In this document: piece by piece, positions 20,888 to 30,797 of the stretch
Layout of the letters: each line of letters begins with the position of its first letter
How positions within the stretch are numbered: the stretch's first letter is position 1
From: Gemmatimonadaceae bacterium
GTDB lineage: Bacteria; Gemmatimonadota; Gemmatimonadetes; Gemmatimonadales; Gemmatimonadaceae
Length of the DNA: 64,000 nt
NCBI GenBank assembly: GCA_051859245.1
Contig: JBHYGA010000001.1
Span: 864,001-928,000, forward strand
Direction of reading: 5' to 3'
Translations under genes and position numbers: made by a program
The notes under the pieces: generated by a model
Told to the model about the DNA's origin: nothing
What the model saw: only the letters and a program-made list of their open reading frames with translations
Database searches by the model: none

Positions 20888-22915
20888 ATGACTCCGCTGA
20901 ACATTGCTTTCGCGCTCTGCCTTGTGGCGGCCGGCGCCTTCTTTACCAAGAGCGCCCTGCGCCTGCGCCGTTGGGCGCTGATCGGGCACGCTGAAGATCG
21001 CACCAACGATCCGGCCACACGCACAAAAAACCTGTTGCTCGTTGGCATCGCGCAAACCAAAATCATGCGCGACGGTTTTGGTGGATTGATGCACGCGCTG
21101 GTATTCTGGGGTTTCTGCGTGCTCGCGCTCGGCGCGCTTGAGATTCTGATTCAGGGCGTCGTGAACGGCTTCACGTACGCGTGGATTCTGCCGCAGCCGC
21201 TGTTCGTGGTGTACGTGTTCTCGCAGGAGATTTTTTGCGGACTCGTACTCGCGGCCGTCGCATGGCTGTTCTATCGACGTCTGGTCATCAAACCCAAACG
21301 CTTTAGTGGCGACCCCGTGCACGGCGGTGATGCGCTCTTCATTCTGAGCATGATCACCGTGCTCATGGTCACGTTGCTGCTCACGTTTGCGATGGAGATT
21401 CACGCGGGCGGCGCATCAGCCGGACACATTTTCTCGGCGCCTCTCGCCGCATTGTTTGGCGGACTGAGCACAGACGCCGCGCACGTGCTCGGCCGCACCA
21501 GCTGGTGGATTCACGCGCTCGGTTTGCTGTTCTTTGCGAACTATCTGCCGTTCTCCAAGCACTTGCACGTGCTCACGTCGCTCATCAACACGTGGTACTC
21601 CAATACATCAGGTCCGGGTCGTATTGGTGCGATGCGACCAATGGATCTTGAAGCCGAAGACGCCGAGCAGTTTGGTGCCAACGATGTTGAGCACCTGTCG
21701 TGGAAGAACTTGATGGATGGTTATTCGTGCACCGAGTGCGGGCGTTGTACTGCCGCGTGTCCGGCCAACATCACGGGCAAGAAACTGTCGCCGCGCATGA
21801 TTGTGGTCAAAACGCGCGCGCGACTCACGGAAAAGGCGCAGACGCTCGACGCGATTGGCGGCGGCACGGCCACGGCCAAGCAGCAGGCGGTGCTCGATAA
21901 GCGTCTGCTCGACGACTGGATTACCGAAGAAGAACTGTGGGCCTGCACCAGCTGCCGCGCCTGCGTGGAAGAATGCCCGGTGTCGATTGATCAGCTTGAC
22001 GTCATCAACGAGTTGCGTCGCGATCTGGTGCTCATGGAATCGCGATTTCCGGAAGAAGCGCAGGGCGCGCTCACGTCGCTCGAACGCAACGGCAGTCCGT
22101 GGGCGTTTAGCGCGGCCGATCGTGCGGCGTGGACAGAAGGCCTCGACATTCCCACCATGGCCGACATGGTGGCGCGTGAAGAACGCCCGGAAATTTTGTT
22201 CTGGGTGGGCTGCATGGGTTCGTTCGACGACCGCGCCAAGAAAATCACGGTGGCATTCGCGCGCATTCTGCAGGCGGCCAACGTAAAGTTTGCGATTCTC
22301 GGCCAGGAAGAAACGTGTCACGGTGATCCGGCGCGTCGCATGGGCAATGAGTATCTGTACCAGATGCTCGCCAAGGGCGTGATTGAAACGCTCGATGGAT
22401 ATCAGGTGAAGACCGTGGTCACGTTCTGTCCGCACTGTTTCCATCAGATGGGCAAGGAGTTCCCGGATCTCGGTGGTCACTACGACGTCATTCATCACAC
22501 CGAGTACATCGAGCGCCTGCTCAACGAAGGTCGTGTGCCGCTGGAGACGGAGCACGGACAGCGACTCAAAGTGGCGTACCACGATTCGTGTTATCTCGGG
22601 CGCTACAACGATGTGTACGACGCGCCGCGCAACACGCTGCGAAAGGCATTGCCCGTGGTCACGCTTGTTGAGCCGCCACGCACCAAGAGCCGCGGGCTGT
22701 GCTGCGGCGCCGGCGGTGGTCGTATGTGGATGGAAGAAACGGAAGGGAAGCGCGTGAATGTGGAGCGCACCGAAGAGCTGCTGGCTACGGGCGCCGATAC
22801 GATCGCCGTGGCGTGTCCGTTCTGCATGACGATGATGACGGACGGGCTCACGGCCTCGGGCAGCGACGTGCCGGTGATGGACATCGCCGAGGTGGTGGCC
22901 GGGCAGCTTGCATAA
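20888..22915 (+). CDS. Membrane Fe-S oxidoreductase, FadF-like (TM domain, two 4Fe-4S motifs, CCG domains); probable ETF:menaquinone oxidoreductase
   Basis: TM helices with His, [45 protein letters not shown]; adjacent to etfBA. Confidence 0.88.
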   Translation: MTPLNIAFALCLVAAGAFFTKSALRLRRWALIGHAEDRTNDPATRTKNLLLVGIAQTKIMRDGFGGLMHALVFWGFCVLALGALEILIQGVVNGFTYAWILPQPLFVVYVFSQEIFCGLVLAAVAWLFYRRLVIKPKRFSGDPVHGGDALFILSMITVLMVTLLLTFAMEIHAGGASAGHIFSAPLAALFGGLSTDAAHVLGRTSWWIHALGLLFFANYLPFSKHLHVLTSLINTWYSNTSGPGRIGAMRPMDLEAEDAEQFGANDVEHLSWKNLMDGYSCTECGRCTAACPANITGKKLSPRMIVVKTRARLTEKAQTLDAIGGGTATAKQQAVLDKRLLDDWITEEELWACTSCRACVEECPVSIDQLDVINELRRDLVLMESRFPEEAQGALTSLERNGSPWAFSAADRAAWTEGLDIPTMADMVAREERPEILFWVGCMGSFDDRAKKITVAFARILQAANVKFAILGQEETCHGDPARRMGNEYLYQMLAKGVIETLDGYQVKTVVTFCPHCFHQMGKEFPDLGGHYDVIHHTEYIERLLNEGRVPLETEHGQRLKVAYHDSCYLGRYNDVYDAPRNTLRKALPVVTLVEPPRTKSRGLCCGAGGGRMWMEETEGKRVNVERTEELLATGADTIAVACPFCMTMMTDGLTASGSDVPVMDIAEVVAGQLA

Positions 22916-22920
22916 CGGGC

Positions 22921-22959
22921 ACTGCATCATTATGCATTCAGTATGCATAATAACTCCGC
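22921..22959. promoter_or_regulatory. Tandem ARG boxes (putative ArgR operator)
   Basis: ACTGCATCATTATGCATT-CAG-TATGCATAATAACTCCGC: two 18-mers separated by 3 bp, AT-rich in a GC-rich background. Confidence 0.7.
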
Positions 22960-23629
22960 CCTGCGCCGGTTCGCCGGTGACGGGGCGGTCGTCGTCTCGG
23001 GACTCGTCCCGACGGCCTCGACCGCCCGGGATTCACGTCGCACCGACGCGTCGAACTTCGCGCGTCAGGGCACGTCAACCTCGCTGCGCGCCCGTCTGGC
23101 GCAGCCGGCGGATGCGTTGGGCATTGCCACGCTCATCAGTCGCTATACCGCCGACGGTTCATTGCTGCCGCGCAGTGCGTCTGACGTGCTCAACGCGATC
23201 GACTCGTACGTGGTGGTCACCGCGCCAGACGGAGCCGTCCTCGCCTGTGCCGCACTGACTGAATATTCGCCGTCACTGGCAGAAGTTGCATCCGTAGCCG
23301 TTGCACCGGCCGCGCAGGGCCATGGCCTCGGTTCTATCGTGGTGCGCGCAGTGGAGCGCTTGGCGCGCGTGCGTGGGCACCGCGAGCTGTTCGCGCTGTC
23401 GTTGGCTGACCACTTCTTTTCGCACCTTGGCTATCGCGCAGCCACTCTCGAGCGCTTTCCCGAAAAGCGCGCGCGTTACGCCATGCTCACGGCGAGCGGC
23501 GCGACACTCGTGGAAAAGCGGGTGTTCCGCAAGCGGCTCCGTGCACCACGCGCGTTTCCGCACGTGGCCAACAACACGAATCTGGTGTCAGCGCCTACGG
23601 TCTATCACGCCAAGCCGGCGCGCGGCTGA
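22943..23629 (+). CDS. GNAT acetyltransferase, short N-acetylglutamate synthase (ArgA)-like; start uncertain
   Basis: LLPRS, ACAAL...LAEVASVAV, QGHGLG acetyl-CoA motif, FFSHLGY, FPEK; ARG boxes upstream. Confidence 0.75.
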   Translation: MHNNSALRRFAGDGAVVVSGLVPTASTARDSRRTDASNFARQGTSTSLRARLAQPADALGIATLISRYTADGSLLPRSASDVLNAIDSYVVVTAPDGAVLACAALTEYSPSLAEVASVAVAPAAQGHGLGSIVVRAVERLARVRGHRELFALSLADHFFSHLGYRAATLERFPEKRARYAMLTASGATLVEKRVFRKRLRAPRAFPHVANNTNLVSAPTVYHAKPARG

Positions 23630-23668
23630 TCACACGGCCTCGACGGCGCGTGCGCCGTCGTGCGCAGC

Positions 23669-24124
23669 TCACGGTGGCGATGACTGCACCTGAACGCGGC
23701 GGGTAAAGACCTCGCCTTGCATTCGTGAAGCGACGACTACAATCGACGGCCACGGCGCTGAATCAGCGGCAAAGTGGTGCTCAAACTCTCCGGGTACCTT
23801 GCCTACTTCACAGTTCGCCGCGGTTTGAACGCTCAGCGTGACCCAGGAGACGGTGTCCGGGGGGCGAGTGCTCACCGTTTCCTGAGTGATTCGTGGGCAC
23901 ACTGCCGGGGTCACCTGTCCGAACAGTGTCACGAGCACGCGGCTCGCGTTGTTGGGATCGCGAACTGCAACGGCGTTAACAATCTCAAGAGTCGGTCCTT
24001 GTATGGCCGGAATCCGAAGAGGACCGTCGCACGCCGACATCAAGAAAAACACTACGGTGCCGACGCTGATTGTAACGGTCCGGCGCCACGGGCACCCAGT
24101 CCCACGATAGGCCGCGTTAATCAT
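23669..24124 (-). CDS. Hypothetical lipoprotein coupled to the S8 protease gene
   Basis: ATG at 24124 overlaps the protease stop (ATGA); VVFFLMSAC lipobox-like; two further Cys. Confidence 0.55.
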   Translation of the reverse strand: MINAAYRGTGCPWRRTVTISVGTVVFFLMSACDGPLRIPAIQGPTLEIVNAVAVRDPNNASRVLVTLFGQVTPAVCPRITQETVSTRPPDTVSWVTLSVQTAANCEVGKVPGEFEHHFAADSAPWPSIVVVASRMQGEVFTRRVQVQSSPP

Positions 24125-25743
24125 GGCAGACACGTGAACGAGTAATCGTTCCAATCGATGGTCACGCTCACGGACCCACTCGCGGTTCGCCCAACTCCGT
24201 CCGTTACGAGTGCGAGCAGCTGAAACGAACTGCTTTCGCCACCGCCCGTCGACCAAGTCGTACCCCAAAAGGGAGCGAAACCTGATCTATACCAGACCGT
24301 GCCGTAAGGCGGTTGGCCACCGCTCCGTTCTGCGTACCAAGAACAAGATGCGTTTGGACCAAGAGAGGACGGGCCGCTTATCCAAGCTGAAAGTGCTGAA
24401 GGTCTGCTGTAAAGAAGCAGGTTGGGCGAGGTAAAAATCGGAAGTGCAAGCGCGCCGACGGTTGCGTTCGAGGTCATCCATGCCCGTACCTGTGACGGGG
24501 TCGCGTTAGGGTACCACTGCAGATAAAGCGCTGCAACGCCGCTCGCCATCGCAGCCCCCTCTGAAGTTCCGTTGCCGCCGTTCACCGGGGAATAGATGTC
24601 GATGCATGAACCGAAGTTGCTGTAGTTATGTGCACTGTCCGTGACGGGGTTTGACGCACCAATCGCGATGACCTTTGAAACAGCCGCAGGCAATTCCTGA
24701 CACGCGTCTCGAAAGCTGTTCCCAGCAGCTCCAACCACCGTGATCCCCGCATCTACGGCAAACTCTAGTGCGTTTACGACGGTAGACGGGCAGCCGAGGA
24801 TGCCACACTCCATACTCGCGCTGAGATTGGCCACGGCCGGTCGAGGCGACACGGTCGCGATGTGGTACAGCGCGCCAACGAGCGCGCCGCTGCTCAACAC
24901 GGTACACACATTGTCGTCAACCCTTGCCGAATGAATTGTGGCAGCATGGGCGATTCCCGTGCCCACCGACGCTGCCGCAGCACGAGCCATGTACGTGCCA
25001 TGAGGTTCCGTCGTACACTCTGCTAGGGCATTTTTCCCTGAGTGTGTGAAGTATTGGGTCGAGCTGACCCGGCCGCCGAGCAGGGGGTCGGCCTGATTGA
25101 TGCCATTATCAATGATCCAGAGATGAACCCCCTGGCCCGTCGCCGACCAAACATACTGCCCGTCGAGTGGGCGGGCGCGCTGGTCTACTCTGTCGACCGC
25201 ACTTCCAGCGCCTGCGCCGAGCTGCATTGTAGTATCGCCAACACCTGCCAAAGGAATAGCTATATCCGACTCAATGTGGTCGATCAGTGAGTCTCTCTGC
25301 AGTGCGAGTAGCGCGTCGGAGTCAGCGTCTACCCAGAACATTCCGAGGAGGGGCATCGGCATGCGAACCCGTAGTCCACGAACTCGAGACATGCGCTGCG
25401 AAGACTGGGCGAACGAGCCGATATCAGACTTAACTCGAATCAAGTAGCGACCCTCAATTTTCCGAGGGTGCGTGGCGAGCGTCACTGGATTCAGGTTTGA
25501 CTTATCGGCAAGCACTTCGGTAGCGACAGGCTCAGAGACGCCAGGGCTCGTGATTCTTGCTTCGTGTGGGTCAGTTGAGCAAGCCACTGTGAGAAATGCT
25601 ACAAACGGAAGTGCGAACTCGTTCCGCAGTTTAGGGCTCGCGAACAGATTCCAAAGTTTGGCCGGCTGGCGGGTACGAGGCGTGCTGAGCGACGGGTGCT
25701 TGCCTTGGCCGCGAAACAGAAATGACATGATACTTACCGCCAT
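24121..25743 (-). CDS. Divergent S8 (subtilisin-like) serine protease with lipoprotein-like signal, I9-type propeptide and C-terminal beta domain
   Basis: Triad contexts IIDNG, PHGT, NGTSEGAAMASGVAALYLQ; oxyanion AAGN; YSNFGSCIDIYSP; start uncertain. Confidence 0.85.
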   Translation of the reverse strand: MAVSIMSFLFRGQGKHPSLSTPRTRQPAKLWNLFASPKLRNEFALPFVAFLTVACSTDPHEARITSPGVSEPVATEVLADKSNLNPVTLATHPRKIEGRYLIRVKSDIGSFAQSSQRMSRVRGLRVRMPMPLLGMFWVDADSDALLALQRDSLIDHIESDIAIPLAGVGDTTMQLGAGAGSAVDRVDQRARPLDGQYVWSATGQGVHLWIIDNGINQADPLLGGRVSSTQYFTHSGKNALAECTTEPHGTYMARAAAASVGTGIAHAATIHSARVDDNVCTVLSSGALVGALYHIATVSPRPAVANLSASMECGILGCPSTVVNALEFAVDAGITVVGAAGNSFRDACQELPAAVSKVIAIGASNPVTDSAHNYSNFGSCIDIYSPVNGGNGTSEGAAMASGVAALYLQWYPNATPSQVRAWMTSNATVGALALPIFTSPNLLLYSRPSALSAWISGPSSLGPNASCSWYAERSGGQPPYGTVWYRSGFAPFWGTTWSTGGGESSSFQLLALVTDGVGRTASGSVSVTIDWNDYSFTCLP

Positions 25744-25879
25744 ACGGAAAAAGGAAAACGACTCCTCTGTGCAGTATAGTTCCTGAGATCAAGCGTGCAA
25801 GTGAAGGGTGCCGTCAGTGTCTGAGCTTGACCCGCTCTGGTTACTGCGCCCCGCTACAGTCACAGCAGATGGTACGTTT

Positions 25880-26656
25880 TTATGCCAATTGGTAGGAATA
25901 AACTGCTATTCTGTGCGCCGGCGGCAATCCCGGCGCACCGTTTGTCATGCCAGCCGCACCGGGACGCGCTCGCTGCACAAGATCTCCTGACGCCGGCTCG
26001 GGCTGCACCAACACGGTCAACGCCTCGACCTCGCGCAACCCACGCTTGGCCGCTTCCTCGCGGAACGGGGCCAGCGCTGCACGGCCAGGATCCGCAATGA
26101 GCACCAACCCACCAGGCGCCAGCGTGTGCACAATCGTATCGGCCACGAGCGTTGCATACTCGCGCTCGTACAACACGTCGGCGGCGCACACCACATCGTA
26201 GCGGCCGAGATCGTCGGGCAACGCACGCCAGTCGACATATCGCGTGCTCAACCGTGCGTCTCCGTCGCCGGCCAGACGCATCGCGTTGAGCCGCGTGACC
26301 TCGAGCGCATCGCCGTAGTAGTCGGTGGCCATCACCCGAAAGCCCGCGCGCAACGCGGTCACAGACACCAGCCCAACACCACAGCCGAGCTCAAGCAGTG
26401 TACGTCCTTCACCATGGTGCCCGCGCAACACGCCCGCGAGTGCCCGGGACGAGGGCCACACGTCGGCCCAGTACGGCAATCGCTCGTCGCCCTTGAAGTC
26501 TTCTTCGCAGATCAGCGACTCCGCACTGCGCGGCTTTCGCAAGACAACCTTCGCGCCACCGGCTTCAACCGCCGACGTCACGAGATCCAGACGCGCGAGC
26601 GCCGCATCCAACGCCGCGGTTCTCGCGCGGTCCTGCAACTCTTGTGACGACGTCAT
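25880..26656 (-). CDS. Class I SAM-dependent methyltransferase (Methyltransf_16-like)
   Basis: PYWADVWPS, LELGCGVG, ATDY, ADVLYE, ADPGR. Confidence 0.88.
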   Translation of the reverse strand: MTSSQELQDRARTAALDAALARLDLVTSAVEAGGAKVVLRKPRSAESLICEEDFKGDERLPYWADVWPSSRALAGVLRGHHGEGRTLLELGCGVGLVSVTALRAGFRVMATDYYGDALEVTRLNAMRLAGDGDARLSTRYVDWRALPDDLGRYDVVCAADVLYEREYATLVADTIVHTLAPGGLVLIADPGRAALAPFREEAAKRGLREVEALTVLVQPEPASGDLVQRARPGAAGMTNGAPGLPPAHRIAVYSYQLA

Positions 26657-26717
26657 GAAGACAACAGGGAAAGGGGACCAGCGACTGGTCGTCGCATGGA
26701 TCCGAAAGACGCAATAC

Positions 26718-27998
26718 TCATGACGCTGCGACAAGCAACGTGCGATCGAGCAGGAGTGCCGGCACCATGGTGCCAGCGGTCAGATGTTCTACAGGTCCTT
26801 CGATTTCCAGCAATGCGTTCGCCCGTGACATTGACGTGAGCAAATTGGAGCCCTGGCCACCGGTGAGACGCGCTTCGAGCACGCCATCGTGTGCCACCTG
26901 CAATTCAGCGCGCAGATAGAACGTCAGATCAGCATTCGCGCTGACCGTTTCTGACAGTCGTACTCGCACCGTTTGCGGAATAACGCGACGCTCTCCCGCG
27001 AGCGATCGAATAGCCGGGAGCACAAAAAGTTCAGCGGTCACCAGTGTACTCACCGGATTGCCCGGCAATCCGATCCACGGCGTGCCACCAATGTGGCCCG
27101 CCGCAAGTGGGCCACCGGGGCGCACGCGTACACGATGTACATCGATGCGTCCGCCGAGCGACTGGATCACCGCGCGCACGTGATCAAACGCGCCCGCCGA
27201 CACACCGCCGATCGTGATCAGCAGATCACACTCGTGATCGATGGCGCGCGCATACGCCTCGCGCATCAACTCGGGGTCATCGGGCAAGACGGGGAGCACA
27301 CGCACGTCGGCACCGGCCGCGCGAAGCAGCGCGGGAAGCGAGTAGCTGCTCGACGAGACAATCGCGCGACCCTCGCGCACGGCGTCGATCTCCGAGACAT
27401 CAACCAACTCATTTCCACTGGCCGCAATGACCACCACCGGCGCACGGTGCACATGCACGTGGCTCGCGCCAATGCTCGCCAACACACCGAGCAGAGCGGG
27501 CGTGATGCGATCACCGCGCGAAGCGATCACCGCACCTTCGCTGACATCTTCACCGCGCGGGCGCACATTCTTTCGCTCGTTGCGCGCGTCGCGACCATCC
27601 AGAATGCGAACGATATCGAGGCCGCGGTCGGTGTCTTCCACGCGCACCACACAATCCGCGCCCGGTGGCATCGGGGCGCCGGTCATGATGCGCACGCATG
27701 TGCCGCGTTCAACCTGTGGCCGTAACGAACTCCCCGCGGCGATCGTACCCAGCACCTGCAAAGTGACCGGCACCGTGGACGCGTCGCGCACGTCGTCCGA
27801 TAGCACGGCGTAACCATCCATACCGGCGTTGGGCCACGGCGGAAGTGTGACCGTTGATTGCACGTCTTCCGCCAACGCATATCCAACCGCGTTGGCCAGC
27901 TCCATGGTCTGCACCGGCAGCGCGTGCATGCGTGCCAGAATCGCACGACGTGCCTCGGCGACGCTGAGAGCTACGTGCACCGTCGCGCGATCACTCAC
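26718..27998 (-). CDS. moeA: Molybdopterin molybdenumtransferase
   Basis: AGMDGYA, RIMTGAPMPPGADCVVRVED, SGNEL, GGVSAG, GLPGNPVS. Confidence 0.93.
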   Translation of the reverse strand: MSDRATVHVALSVAEARRAILARMHALPVQTMELANAVGYALAEDVQSTVTLPPWPNAGMDGYAVLSDDVRDASTVPVTLQVLGTIAAGSSLRPQVERGTCVRIMTGAPMPPGADCVVRVEDTDRGLDIVRILDGRDARNERKNVRPRGEDVSEGAVIASRGDRITPALLGVLASIGASHVHVHRAPVVVIAASGNELVDVSEIDAVREGRAIVSSSSYSLPALLRAAGADVRVLPVLPDDPELMREAYARAIDHECDLLITIGGVSAGAFDHVRAVIQSLGGRIDVHRVRVRPGGPLAAGHIGGTPWIGLPGNPVSTLVTAELFVLPAIRSLAGERRVIPQTVRVRLSETVSANADLTFYLRAELQVAHDGVLEARLTGGQGSNLLTSMSRANALLEIEGPVEHLTAGTMVPALLLDRTLLVAAS

Positions 27999-28033
27999 GG
28001 CACACTCGCCATCGCACTATTCACCGTCGCAAC

Positions 28034-29641
28034 TCACCGCGGCATCGCCACGCGCAGGTCTTCCATACGCACGCTCGCGAGATACGCTCCAATCGCGTCC
28101 TGCACACGTTCTACTTCGCGCGTTGGGCCCACCCAGTTGTTGCACAACACCGAGAACACCAGCTGATGTCCGTCGCTGGTGTTCACATAGCCACTCAACG
28201 AACGCGCCTTGTCTACAAACCCGGTTTTTGCGCGCAAATTGCCCGCTGCCGGCGTACCGCGCATGCGCGACGCGATCGTGCCGTCCACGCCCGCAATGGG
28301 CAACCCGGAATAAAACACGTTGAACGCCGGGTGCGACTGCATCACCGTGAGCAACCGCACGACGGCGCGCGGCGTGATGTAATCATGACGTGACAAACCA
28401 CTGCCATCACGCACGGCGGCTTCATTGGTGCTGATGCCCCACAACGCGAGCTGACGTTCAATCACGGCGCGTGCACTGTCGGCCGAACCGATACCCGTCT
28501 TTTCGCGCGCAATCGTTTTGAACACCGCTTCTGCGATCTGATTCTGCGACGGCTTCTGCAAACGAGTGTGCACCTCGCGCAGCGGCGGCGACTCCAGCAC
28601 GATGAGCGTGTCAACGCGCGCGTTGGCCGGCGCCGCGCGGCCCGAGCGAAACTTCACTCCGCGCGCCACGAGTGCCTCGCGCAATGCTGCACGCACTGCG
28701 TCGTTTGGCTGACGATACGCGCGAGAGATCACCACACTGTCACCCAGCGGCAGCGTACCCGTGATCTCCAGCGCCAGCGCCGTAGAGTCCGACGCGACGG
28801 TGAGCGAATCACCTGCGGCTCCTACGCGTACCGAGGAATCACGACGCGCGCGCGTGGTAGCGGTGATGCGAAGCGCAGGATACGTGGTGGCCGGAATCGT
28901 ACGGGCGGAAACCTTGTCACCAACGCGTTTGCCCGCCTTCACGATCACCCGAAAAAAATTCTCGTTCAGCATCAGCTCATCGGCACCGGCCGAGTAGCCG
29001 CTGTCAAAATCGTCAAATGCCCAGCCGAATCCGTACGGCGACTGCGGAAACGCATCTCCTTCGGCAACGATACGTCCCTCAACGCGTTGAATGCCGCGTG
29101 CGGCGAGGGCGTCGGCAATGGGTGCAAACGCGCTCAATGCGTCACCACCGCGCATGGCGTCACTCCACGACGGGTCGCCGCTGCCAATGAGCACGAGGTC
29201 ACCACGGAACGTGCCACCGCTGGTGCGACCACGCAGCAGTACTGGCGTGCGCCACGTGTAATCGGGGCCGAGCAACTCCATAGCCACTGCACCCGTTACG
29301 ATCTTCTGATTCGACGCGGGCATGAACAGCTTGCCCGCGTTGATCGACACAATCGTATCGCCAACTTCCGGGTCCATGATCAGCACGCCCCAGTGCGCCA
29401 TCCGGAACAGACTGTCCTGAGTGAGTGAGTCCACCAGCTGCAGCAATCGCTCGCGCGCGGCGGGCAATGGTATGTCGCTCGCAGGAAGCTCTGCCATGGG
29501 CAGTTGCACGGGATCCACGCGCACCGGAATATCCGGCATAGGCGCGGCGCGACCGGCGCAGCCGAGCACTGCGAAGGACACCACGCTGGCGGTGCACGCC
29601 AATCGGAGCGCGTGCAACGCGGAGCTCAACTCACGCTTCAT
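28034..29641 (-). CDS. dacB: D-Ala-D-Ala carboxypeptidase/endopeptidase (PBP4, S13), lipoprotein
   Basis: PASNQK (SxxK), GSGDP, SQN (SxN), DGSGLSR, AKTG; lipobox VLGC. Confidence 0.93.
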   Translation of the reverse strand: MKRELSSALHALRLACTASVVSFAVLGCAGRAAPMPDIPVRVDPVQLPMAELPASDIPLPAARERLLQLVDSLTQDSLFRMAHWGVLIMDPEVGDTIVSINAGKLFMPASNQKIVTGAVAMELLGPDYTWRTPVLLRGRTSGGTFRGDLVLIGSGDPSWSDAMRGGDALSAFAPIADALAARGIQRVEGRIVAEGDAFPQSPYGFGWAFDDFDSGYSAGADELMLNENFFRVIVKAGKRVGDKVSARTIPATTYPALRITATTRARRDSSVRVGAAGDSLTVASDSTALALEITGTLPLGDSVVISRAYRQPNDAVRAALREALVARGVKFRSGRAAPANARVDTLIVLESPPLREVHTRLQKPSQNQIAEAVFKTIAREKTGIGSADSARAVIERQLALWGISTNEAAVRDGSGLSRHDYITPRAVVRLLTVMQSHPAFNVFYSGLPIAGVDGTIASRMRGTPAAGNLRAKTGFVDKARSLSGYVNTSDGHQLVFSVLCNNWVGPTREVERVQDAIGAYLASVRMEDLRVAMPR

Positions 29642-30069
29642 TCGCCGGACTCCTCCCAGGTGGCCCACAAATGCGGCTCTTCCGCTACGACCACCTTGAT
29701 CACGCGCGATCCCGATGTGGAAAGCGCAACGTTCACACGCTCCGCAATCCACTTGGCGATCTCTTCGCTGGAGGGAATGAGTTTGCCCTCGGCGAACTCT
29801 GCGATGTCGAGATTCAGGTTGGCGTGATCAAGTCTGTCGACGACCTCCTGCGCGAGCACACGATCAATCACACCGAGATTGGCCACAAATCCCGTTTGCG
29901 GATCGAGGGCGCCCGTCACCGTCACATCGCACACGTACGTGTGCCCGTGAAAGTTGGGGCGCGCACACTTGCCGAACGTCTCAAAGTTGCGAGCGTCGTC
30001 CCACTCGGGTCGTCGGTAGCGATGCGCGGCCGAAAAGAACACGCGCCGAGTGAGTGTGAGACGCGCCAT
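29638..30069 (-). CDS. 6-pyruvoyl-tetrahydropterin synthase family protein with PTPS-II-type signature
   Basis: FSAAH, C-x5-HGH (CARPNFHGH), LDHANLN, PSSEEIA. Confidence 0.88.
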   Translation of the reverse strand: MARLTLTRRVFFSAAHRYRRPEWDDARNFETFGKCARPNFHGHTYVCDVTVTGALDPQTGFVANLGVIDRVLAQEVVDRLDHANLNLDIAEFAEGKLIPSSEEIAKWIAERVNVALSTSGSRVIKVVVAEEPHLWATWEESGE

Positions 30070-30070
30070 G

Positions 30071-30793
30071 TTAACGGAAGATCGGCATGGAAATGCCGGC
30101 CGTCAGTCCCCAGTTGCTGCGCCAGCTGGAACGCAAACGCGTGTCCTGCAGCACGCTCGTGGAGTCACTCGCCGCGGTGAAGTACGTGCTCGGATACTGA
30201 ATCTGGTACAGGTTGTTCGTGAGATCGATGCGCGCCGAGTAACCGCGCGGCAATGTGATCCGCACGCCGGGACCAAATGGGAAGGCGAACTTGGTGCCGA
30301 ATCGATAACCGCCGATATCACGGCTCGCAAAGTCGGATGTCACACCGATACCGGCGCCCAACGTTGGAATCACGCCGCGCCAGGATTTTTTTCCGGTGAG
30401 CGCAAGCGTGAGGCCGATATCGCCAATGTGATGCGTTACGCTTTGAATACCCTGAAAGCGCTGTGCCGCCGGCAACCCCGGATCGATCACGCGGCGTTCC
30501 GAGAACAGTGCCGCGTAGCGCGTGGTCAGCCACGCCGGTCCACCCAGATGAATGTCATGTCGCAGCGACACCATCGGGCCGGCCTCAGGCCCCACGCGCG
30601 CCGCATCCTTGGTGGCGCTCAGCCAGCCGCCCGAAAGGGTAAGCTGCTGGGTGGTTGGCACATCGCGAAACGGGCTGCGCGAGGGTTCGGTACCCACGAG
30701 CTGCGCCTGCAGTCCGGACGCAGTGCAGAGCAGCGCTGCGCCGGTGGCAAGCACGCGCGCAATATTTGATGAAGACAGGGAAAGCAGCGTCAC
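30071..30793 (-). CDS. Hypothetical outer-membrane beta-barrel protein
   Basis: Signal peptide (GLQAQ), alternating amphipathic beta-strands, C-terminal GLTAGISMPIFR; start uncertain. Confidence 0.6.
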   Translation of the reverse strand: MTLLSLSSSNIARVLATGAALLCTASGLQAQLVGTEPSRSPFRDVPTTQQLTLSGGWLSATKDAARVGPEAGPMVSLRHDIHLGGPAWLTTRYAALFSERRVIDPGLPAAQRFQGIQSVTHHIGDIGLTLALTGKKSWRGVIPTLGAGIGVTSDFASRDIGGYRFGTKFAFPFGPGVRITLPRGYSARIDLTNNLYQIQYPSTYFTAASDSTSVLQDTRLRSSWRSNWGLTAGISMPIFR

Positions 30794-30797
30794 AACG

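Noticed and set aside
21608..22948. 446-aa minus-strand ORF
   Set aside because: Antisense to the well-supported FadF-like gene.
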